A stretch of 64,000 nt of DNA from Macrostomum lignano. Taxonomy: Eukaryota. The number at the start of each line of letters is the position of its first letter. Position 1 is the stretch's first letter. Location of the stretch: NCBI GenBank assembly GCA_002269645.1, contig NIVC01000390.1:411436-475435 (forward strand), read 5' to 3'. The translations under genes and the position numbers were made by a program. The notes beneath the pieces were generated by a model, which made no database searches, was not told the origin of the DNA, and worked only from the letters and a program-made list of their open reading frames with translations. This document shows positions 54,790 through 64,000 of this stretch, in pieces.

Positions 54790-56560
54790 GCCTAGTAGGT
54801 CTCCTGGCGCAGGGCAGTGACCTCTAGCTGCTGGTTTCTTAGAAACAATACTTGTAACATAGGTAGTGCTGCCACCAGCTTTGCAGACTCGCAGCCTTCG
54901 GTGAAGTGCTGAGCCTGTAAAAGCAAATAACTAAGACAAGAGAGGAAGTCAAGCACTTCGTGCAGATTTAGCAGTTCTCAAGCAGGAGCGTCCACAGTCA
55001 GTAGTCCCTGCCAGGCAGGTGCAGGGTTAGAGCAATGGTGCTAGCTTTGGGCAATCTAAGCTACCCTGCTGATAGATAGCAGGAATAAATCAGAGGTAGG
55101 CACGCACAAAGTTGGGAGTCTTGGGAGTTCAAACTTAGACACAAACTTGGTATACACACTTGAACTAAGAGAATCTTAGGCTCAGAAATGGGAGCAAACG
55201 ACGCTTGTCTGAGCCAAGCCATGAGAGAGGCTGTATTTATAGGGGGAGGATCGATTGCACCATAGCACAAAAGACCCCTGCTGAGAGTCATAAGTGACTG
55301 TTGCTATTTTTAGCAACAAACAAGCGGGCCTTGCCTCAGAGGAGGCAAGATGTCTGGGCGCACATGATCTCTCCATAAACACAAGCCCAGTGTACAATGA
55401 TGAAATCATTGCACTTTGGACTAAAGAAGGAAGAAGGCCTTGTCATGTGACTGGCTCACATGACAAGGGGAAAAGGCCCATAAGTGAAGGCACTCGTGAC
55501 CATGGACTAGAAAACAGAATGGCACTCCAAATTTGGAGATGCCAACCAGAGAACAAAACAGAGGCAGGCCAGACCAAGCTGTCTGGGCACTGCAAAATGA
55601 GAACACAAGGCAAATGGGGCAAACAAGGACAAATAGACAGACAGGCAAATGGGCAAGGGACAGGCCAGAAGACAGGCGGGAAGGGGACAGGCAACTGCCC
55701 AGCGGCAGACAGAAGCCTAGGGCGAGGGAGGTAGCTGACTAGTGCGGCGCCTAACTAAACTAGCGACTCACTATACATGCAATATATAATATTGTAGGGT
55801 TATTATAGCAAGCTAGCTTAATCTTTTAGTTCATGTTAGTGCTAAAGTTTAAAAGTACAATATGCTAAATAATATATACTTAAATTGATTCTATATTGTA
55901 CTGATTAAAAATTGTAATTTCTCTTAAAGATTGAAGATAATTAAAGATAATTAAAAATTGTAATTTCTCTTAAAGCCATAAACTTAAAGCTAAAGCTTAA
56001 ACTATATATATTTTAGCATGTATATTCCAGTGTTATGATTTGCATTGCTTACCAAGATTTGATTTGCATTGCTTACCAAGATTACTAAGATAAATATATA
56101 AAGCATGCTATTATATAACTCCTATTCCAATAAGTAAAGTATGCATGTTTATTTTAATTCACTAAAGTCTATTCCTATAGACCATAGGCCTATATCCTTT
56201 TTGTCTGCCAGAAATAGTTGTTTGTCTGCTAGCAGACAAAATCATTATATACTATAGTAAAGTGGTCATCTAGGGGCAGCAGCCCCCTCTGCCTCTTACC
56301 TACATTGCCACTGATTAGAAATATAAATTAAGATAAAAAATTTAAAATTAACATTTTTAAATGTAACATTTATTGGTATATAATAGTAGTCATAAAACTT
56401 AAAAACCATAAGAAGTTTACCATATTATCTTAAAATTTTATTTGTTTTTTGTCATAGTATATACTATGTTTGATCTATTATTATAGGGTATATTCTTAAA
56501 AATGTTATTTTATAATGAAATTTCTCATGTGCAATACAATCCTAGGGAAAAATAATGCTA

Positions 56561-57166
56561 CAAGGGTTGTCCTAAAAGTAGTATCACTTTTGCTTGCTTC
56601 CATAAATATTAATGTATTAAAAAATCATGCCTTAAAAGTTAGTGGCTTATTTTAACTTTTATACCCAGAAAGTCCAATTTTTATAAGTGCTTCTTGCTGT
56701 AAGTAGTATGCATTTGTTTTCATACCCTTGGCTATAAAAATTCACAAGAACCTAACCTCAGTATTTGGACCGTAAATATAGGTCAAGTTTTTGTGATTTT
56801 CAAGGAATTTCTGACCAAGACTCCAATATGTAAAAATTGCATGTCCCTGCCCTTTTGTAGAGTGAATATTAGGGTCCATGACTGAAACAAATCTTATAGC
56901 TGCTGTCTTGCAACTCTGTGCTTGATCAGCTTTACTTGTGGCTTTCTTCTAAGTAAGCATAGAAGCATTATGCGGTTTATATTTCTATGGCCAAGGGTAT
57001 GCAAACTAATGCATGTTGCTTACAGCAGGAAGCACTTACAAAAATTGGACTTTCTTGGCATAAAAGCTAAAATAAGCCACTAACTTTCAAGGTATAAGAT
57101 TTTTCAAACACACATGAATACTTATAAAAGTAAGCAAAAGTGACATTACTTCTGGGACACCCCTTA
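56561..57166. mobile_element. Decayed Tc1/mariner-type MITE with ~185-bp TIRs
   Basis: TA|CAAGGGTTGTCC...GGACACCCCTTA|TA. The arms align over ~180 bp. The termini resemble the CAGGGTGTCC ends of Tc1/mariner elements. Confidence 0.65.
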
Positions 57167-58196
57167 TACATACATAGTATGCAAAAAAGTATGGACTTAT
57201 GTCAATGCAACTATATCGTAAGAACATTAGGCTTTGCTTAGTCTAATAATAGAGATTCCAATAAGGGTCCCCATGATTTGCCAATAAATATAGATTATTC
57301 AAAGGTAAATTTAAATAAAAGTAGGTTTTTTACAAATGAATAACTTTGAAATGCAATTGCAAAAAGCAAATATAAACTAGAAAGTAAAAAATCCTTTTTT
57401 TAGAAAATATATCTAACTCTTATTGGGATGATAATAAACTATAGCACTTACAAAATAAGGGCTTCTATTTTAGTGGACTTAAGGCTGATTGTTACAAAGG
57501 TTTGGCTATTCTACTTGTATTAGATTTTTTCAATTGAAAAGGGATATAAAAAGCTAAAAATGACATACTAGGCACAGAAATGGGTTAAGTAAACAAATTA
57601 TATATCAGATGTTTGCAGGAACCAAGTTTTCAGACAAAAGGATTTAGTACCTAATAGACAAAATACATTATAGAAATTTTGAAAGTTAAAGATGCAGAAA
57701 GTTTTTATTTTACTTGACTAATTTCCAAAAGTAAAGTGTCTTTTTATTCAAGCAAATGAGATTTATTAAACAAAAAAAAATACAAAAAAATACAAAATGT
57801 CATTGGAGTCCCTATTAATAACTAAGATGCACTAGATACTTACATTCATCCATACTTACATTCATTACATCCATATAACCTAGATATAAAACAAAAATAT
57901 TCAATTTAAAGTTTGTTTAAAAAGTTGCAAACACTTAATTTGTTTATATCATTATCAAGTTTAGGCCCTATTTTTGATTGGCCTCTCCTTAGGCCCCCTC
58001 TATTAGAAGGAATTTATAAATGTGGTAATTCAAAATAGGATTTTTAAGGACTAATGGTCCATTCTCCAAGGAGAGAACTTTTTGGGTATATGTGGGACAA
58101 GATCTAAAAAATGCACAATAAAAATAGATTCTGTTTATCCTCTGTACATACTTGAATACTAGATTGAATCCCATCTTATTATCCCAAAATCCCAGG

Positions 58197-60031
58197 ATGA
58201 ACCCTGGCAGTGGATTTGGTCCTGATGGGGCCCAGGCCGGAGCTCTGGACGAGGCCGCCCTGCCAGAGTCTTGCCAGTCAGTGGAGGACCTCGCCGAGCC
58301 ATTGCGTGCCACTTTTGAACGCCTGGCCAAGCGAGCGGAGAAGTGCGTAGTGCGCAAGCATCCAGAAGAGGCGCTTGTAGAAGCATTGCGCTCCTCTGCA
58401 GATGCTCTCAGGCAAAGCCAGCAGCAGCAGAGAGGCGGTGGTGAGTAAAAACTGGATTTGGTGGTCCATTTTTATGTAAACTTTTAGGCAACTGCGGTTT
58501 TGATGACATTTTACATTCTCATTTGGGAATGAATGGTTCCACTGACTGGGATTCCATTGACTGGAAGGGGCACCAATCTCAGTAAAATGGCATACTGAGA
58601 TTGACTGAGATTCTACTGACTGAGAATTTGCTAACTGAGATTCCACTGGCTGAGAATTTGCTGACTGAGATTCCACTGGCTGAGAATTTGCTGACTGTGA
58701 TTTCACTGACTGAGATTTCACTGACTGAGATTTCACTGACTGAGATTTCACTGACTGAGATTTCACTGACTGAGATTTCACTGACTGAGATTTCGCTGGC
58801 TGAGATTTCACTGACTGAGATTTCGCTGGCTGAGATTTCACTGACTGAGATTTCACTGACTGAGATTTCACTGACTGAGATTTCACTGACTGAGATTTCA
58901 CTGACTGTGATTTCACTGACTGAGATTTCACTGACTGAGATTTCACTGACTGAGATTTCACTGACTGAGATTTCACTGACTGAGATTTCACTGACTGAGA
59001 TTCCACTAAGATTTCACTGACTGAGATTTCACTGACTGAGATTTCGCTGGCTGAGATTTCACTGACTGAGATTTCACTGACTGAGATTTCACTGACTGAG
59101 ATTTCACTGACTGAGATTTCACTGACTGAGATTTCACTGACTAAGATTTCACTGACTGAGATTTCACTGACTGAGATTTCACTGACTGAGATTTCACTGA
59201 CTGAGATTTCACTGACTGAGATTTCACTGACTGAGATTTCACTGACTGAGATTTCACTGACTGAGATTTCACTGACTGAGATTTAACTGACTGAGATTTC
59301 GCTGGCTGAGATTTCACTGACTAAGATTTCACTGACTGAGATTTCACTGACTGAGATTTCACTGAGATTTCACTAGCTGGCCATCTATGGTAAAAAAACA
59401 AACTCGCAGAGTACGAGATTCTCGAACGAGTACTACACGGCCTGTCCGAGTCCGAGCAGGCTCTGGTTGACAAGCGCAACAGCCAGTCGGACAGTGTGGC
59501 CGAATGGATGGAGGCCGCGCGCAAAGCTGAACAGAATCTGTCCGGCCTGCAGTCGGAGAAGCGAGCCCTCGGCCGCACCGGCCAAGAAGTGGCCAAACTG
59601 CGTCGCCGCCTGTTGGCCGGGCAGAACAAGCAGCATCAGCAGCAGAATCAGCAGAGCCAGCATCAGCAACAATCTGCCGAGGCCGCTCTAAATGAGCTGC
59701 AGTTGGATTTGAGCACCGCGAGAACGACGAGCGTAAGCAGCGCGACGTTTATATAGTACGGTTGAACGAACTGCTTGGCGAACGGCCCAGGCTGTGCAAC
59801 CAGCTGTTAGATCTGATGCGGTCTAGGCTGGATTATCACAGGCAGTGCGTCCAGCTGCTTGAGGAGCAGCTGCCCGCGCTTGAGGACGCGGTGGCCTCGG
59901 CCGCTAGCCTAGCGGGCCCCTGCTACGGCGTGCCGCTAGAGGAGCATCTGACTAAGACTGGCCGACAGGTAGCCTACGTCATTGACGTGTGCACGGCCGC
60001 TTTGAATCGTGACGATGTGCTAGTTGAAGAG
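58197..60031 (+). CDS. BAR + RhoGAP protein (RICH1/ARHGAP17, RICH2/ARHGAP44, SH3BP1 family), 3'-partial. Exons 58197-58440 and 59410-60031 with an apparent frameshift near 59710 (or a small intron); continues past the window
   Basis: BAR-like helices RKHPEEALVEAL, ILERVLHGLSESEQAL, RLDYHRQCVQLLEEQLP. The RhoGAP entry motif PCYGVPLEEHLTKTGRQVAYVIDVC..EE ends at a GTGAGT donor just before the expected GLFR. The phase-1 junction 58440/59410 is consistent. Confidence 0.8.
58598..59375. repeat. Minisatellite, 15-bp unit (BAR-RhoGAP intron)
   Basis: ACTGACTGAGATTTC. Confidence 0.97.
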
Positions 60032-60119
60032 GTGAGTCTTTTATCCTTGTAAATTCACAATTTTTTAATTTATTTTTTTGACAGTGAATAACATGATATC
60101 AGAATTAGAAATCTAGATT

Positions 60120-62270
60120 AAGAAAATGGCAGAGTGATTTAGAAAGTGGCATATTGATTAGAAAATGGCATACTGAATTAAAAAGTGGCAGAGTGATTTA
60201 GAAATGGCAGAGTGATTTAGGAAGTAGCAGAGTGATTTAAAAAGTGGCAGAGCGATTTAGGAAGTAGCAGAGTGATTTAGAAAATGGCAGAGTGATTTAG
60301 AAAGTGGCAGAGCGATTTAGGAAGTGGCAGAGTGATTTAGGAAGTGGCAGAGTGATTTAGAAAGTGGCAGAGCGATTTAGGAAGTGGCAGAGCGATTTAG
60401 AAAGCGGCAGAGCGATTAAAAAGTGGCAGAGTGATTTAGAAAATGGCAGAGATTTAAAAAGGGGCAGATTAATTTAGGATGTAGCAGAGTGATTTAGAAA
60501 GTAGCGGAGTGATTTAGAAAGTGGCAGAGCGATTTAGAAAGCGGCAGAGTGATTTAGAAAGTAGCAGAGTGATTTAAAAAGTGGCAGAGTGATTTAGAAA
60601 GTAGCAGAGCGATTTAGAAAGTAGCAGAGCGATTTAGGAAGTAGCAGAGTGATTTAGAAAGTGGCAGAGTGATTTAGAAAGTAGCAGAGTGATTTAGAAA
60701 GTGGCAGAGTGATTTAGAAAGTGGCAGAGTGATTTAGAAAGTGGCAGAGCGATTTAGAAAGTGGCAGAGCGATTTAGGAAGTAGCAGAGTGATTTAGAAA
60801 GTGGCAGAGTGATTTAGAAAGCGGCAGAGCGATTAAAAAGTAGCAGAGTGATTTAGAAAGTGGCAGAGTGATTTAGAAAGTGGCAGAGTGATTTAGAAAG
60901 TAGCAGAGCGATTTAGAAAGTGGCAGAGTGATTTAGAAAGTGGCAGAGCGATTTAGAAAGTGGCAGAGCGATTTAGGAAGTAGCAGAGTGATTTAGAAAG
61001 TGGCAGAGCGATTTAGAAAGCGGCAGAGCGATTAAAAAGTAGCAGAGTGATTTAGAAAGTGGCAGAGTGATTTAGAAAGTAGCAGAGTGATTTAGAAAGT
61101 GGCAGAGTGATTTAGAAAGTGGCAGAGCGATTTAGAAAGTGGCAGAGCGATTTAGGAAGTAGCAGAGTGATTTAGAAAGTGGCAGAGCGATTTAGAAAGC
61201 GGCAGAGCGATTAAAAAGTAGCAGAGTGATTTAGAAAGTGGCAGAGTGATTTAGAAAGTGGCAGAGTGATTTAGAAAGTAGCAGAGCGATTTAGAAAGTG
61301 GCAGAGTGATTTAGAAAGTGGCAGAGCGATTTAGAAAGTGTCAGAGCGATTTAGAAAGTGGCAGAGTGATTTAGAAAGTGGCAGAGTGATTTAGAAAGTG
61401 GCAGAGTGATTTAGAAAGTGGCAGAGTGATTTAGAAAGCGGCAGAGTGATTTAGAAAGTGGCAGAGTGATTTAGAAAGTGGCAGAGTGATTTAGAAAGTG
61501 GCAGAGCGATTTAGAAAGCGGCAGAGTGATTTAGGAAGTAGCAGAGTGATTTAGAAAGTAGCAGAGTGATTTAGAAAGTAGCAGAGTGATTTAGAAAGTA
61601 GCAGAGTGATTTAGAAAATGGCAGAGTGATTTAGAAAGTGGCAGAGCGATTAAAAAGTGGCAGAGTGATTTAGAAAGTAGCAGAGCGATTTAGGAAGTAG
61701 CAGAGTGATTTAGAAAGTGGCAGAGCGATTTAGAAAGCGGCAGAGCGATTAAAAAGTGGCAGAGCGATTTAGAAAGCGGCAGAGCGATTAAAAAGTAGCA
61801 GAGTGATTTAGAAAGTGGCAGAGTGATTTAGAAAGTAGCAGAGCGATTTAGGAAGTAGCAGAGTGATTTAGAAAGTGGCAGAGCGATTTAGAAAGCGGCA
61901 GAGCGATTAAAAAGTGGCAGAGCGATTTAGAAAGCGGCAGAGCGATTAAAAGTAGCAGAGTGATTTAGAAAGTGGCAGAGTGATTTAGAAAGTAGCAGAG
62001 TGATTTAGAAAGTAGCAGAGTGATTTAGAAAGTGGCAGAGCGATTTAGAAAGTGGCAGAGCGATTTAGGAAGTAGCAGAGTGATTTAGAAAGTGGCAGAG
62101 CGATTTAGAAAGCGGCAGAGCGATTAAAAAGTAGCAGAGTGATTTAGAAAGTGGCAGAGTGATTTAGAAAGTGGCAGAGTGATTAGAAAGTGGCAGAGTG
62201 ATTTAAAAAGGGGCAGATTAATTTATAATGTGGCAGAATAATTTAGAAAGTGGCGCATTAATTTAGAAAG
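60120..62270. repeat. Minisatellite, 20-bp unit (BAR-RhoGAP intron)
   Basis: AGAAAGTGGCAGAGTGATTT, about 100 copies. Confidence 0.98.
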
Positions 62271-62629
62271 TTGGAACATAAAGAAAGCTGACAAGGCACA
62301 CTGAAGTGCAAGGAATGTTTGGTCAGATATTTTCCATTTTACTAATCGTCGGGTTTCTTATCAAACTTTGAGCAAAACTTAGAATGCAAAATTCTTTTTT
62401 TGCATAGATTGGTTCATTGTGCTTGCGCTTTGGCCCTGCTGAGTTTGTGATTTTTCTCTTAATTTGATCTACTTAAACAGGAGTGTTTCACATTTGAACA
62501 CCTGCTAATTGAGCAATAGAGAAAGCACAAGAAGCAGTTGACACAACTAGCTGTCTAATAAGTCAAAACTCTTAGTCTGCCGGAGATTTCGGATGTTTAT
62601 TTATAGAAAGCAAAACAGTCTATGGTATT

Positions 62630-62990
62630 GGGGGGGCCGTAGGCTAGTGGTCTGGCGCGGCGTTCTGTTGTTCCAGCGGCCCGGGCTCGATTCCCAGTGC
62701 AGTCACATTAATTTGGGGCTAAATTACAATCTCGGCTTGACTCTGCTCGTGCAATTAACAGCCTTGAGGGCCAACCTCCAAGGCATAACATGCCTAACGA
62801 TAAATACAGTTTAGGGCTGCTGTACACTCCTGTGTGAGTGTGTGCGTATTTGCGCATGACTGCGCACGTATCCATGCGCTTGTATGCCTGCTCAAGGAAG
62901 TCGGCGGAATGGGCAGTAATGCCTTTTGCCGGTTGTGTGACCAAGTCGCTTTAAAGTGCGCCAGGATGCACACAGCCCTCGTCTCTATGG
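62630..62990 (+). mobile_element. tRNA-derived SINE-like element, copy 2
   Basis: Same head (TAGGCTAGTGG...GGCTCGATTCCCAGTGCAGTC) and body as 2966-3345. Flanked by TCTATGGTA at 62619 and 62984, a possible TSD. Confidence 0.75.
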
Positions 62991-63436
62991 TAATATTTAA
63001 ATATTTTGTGTCTGTGTGTGTGTGTTAGCTCATACACACTGCAGTTCCAGCTGAATTGTCTATGGTCGTTCTTTCTGGTCGACTTCGAAGCCTAGACAAC
63101 CGTTACCGTTTGAGGCTTGCAAAAGAGAGTGGGCACCATTTGTGAGCATTTGAAGCTTATTCTTGCAAAATGACAATGCTGGCCAACTCTTTAGTGAGAA
63201 ACACGTGGTTCCGTCTCACGGTGCCCTGAGCAATTTTGGAGGATTACACAGAAAGGGGTGAGGGTGGGGCATGACTGGGGCGCGATTATCCGGGATTTCT
63301 TTTTGTCCTAAGCCGCTCCCAGGTGGCTTATCGCCAGCCTGATTCTCTAAAATTGCGATGGAAAATTTACTTGTAATTTCCGATTGCCAAAACCAATTCA
63401 GAAAATATTTTCCTCTTGTACTGTTATGACTACCCG

Positions 63437-64000
63437 CTCTGTCATGTGACTGTCTGCACAGGCATATGAGCCCCACTCTGATATGCTGACTGTCTGCACA
63501 CAGGCATATGAGCCCCACTCTGTCATGTGACTGTCTGCACAGGCATATGAGCCCCACTCTGATATGTGACTGTCTGCATCAGGCATATGAGCCCCACTCT
63601 GCTATGTGACTGTCTGCTCAGGCATATGAGCCCCACTCTGTCATGTGACTGTCTGCACAGCATATGAGCCCCACTCTGTATGTGACTGTCTGCTCAGGCA
63701 TATGAGCCCCACTCTGTCATGTGACTGTCTGCACAGGCATATGAGCCCCACTCTGTATGTGACTGTCTGCACAGGCATATGAGCCCCACTTCTGCTATGT
63801 GACTGTCTGCACAGGCATATGACCCCACTCTGTATGTGACTGTCTGCACAGGCATATGAGCCCCACTCTGTCATGTGACTGTCTGCACAGGCATATGAGC
63901 CCCACTCTGATATGTGACTGTCTGCACAGGCATATGAGCCCCACTCTGATATGTGACTGTCTGCACAGGCATATGAGCCCCACTCTGATATGTGACTGTC
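63437..64000. repeat. Minisatellite, ~39-bp unit, runs off the window end
   Basis: CTCTGTCATGTGACTGTCTGCACAGGCATATGAGCCCCA. Confidence 0.96.

Noticed and set aside
62270-63440. Search for the next RhoGAP exon (expected GLFR)
   Set aside because: No phase-0 acceptor followed by a G(L/I/V)FR-like sequence was found; the exon probably lies beyond the window.

Overview
Eukaryotic animal genomic DNA with GC-rich exons and introns packed with minisatellites. The style suggests a free-living flatworm such as Macrostomum, but this is inference only. Six spliced or single-exon genes can be reconstructed by hand with phase-consistent GT-AG junctions: (1) a 5'-truncated TMF1 golgin; (2) a thyroid-hormone-receptor (NR1A) homolog with a non-canonical AF-2 helix; (3) a ~1197-aa single-pass membrane protein with TWO tandem class-C-GPCR-like Venus-flytrap domains but no 7TM or cyclase domain, the most unusual item here; (4) a ~133-aa orphan; (5) a secreted ependymin-like protein on the minus strand; (6) the 5' part of a BAR-RhoGAP (RICH/SH3BP1 family) with an apparent 1-nt frameshift. 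The rest is more than 20 distinct tandem-repeat arrays, two copies of a tRNA-derived SINE, several MITEs and a foldback element. Most long ORFs in the supplied track are artefacts of repeats.
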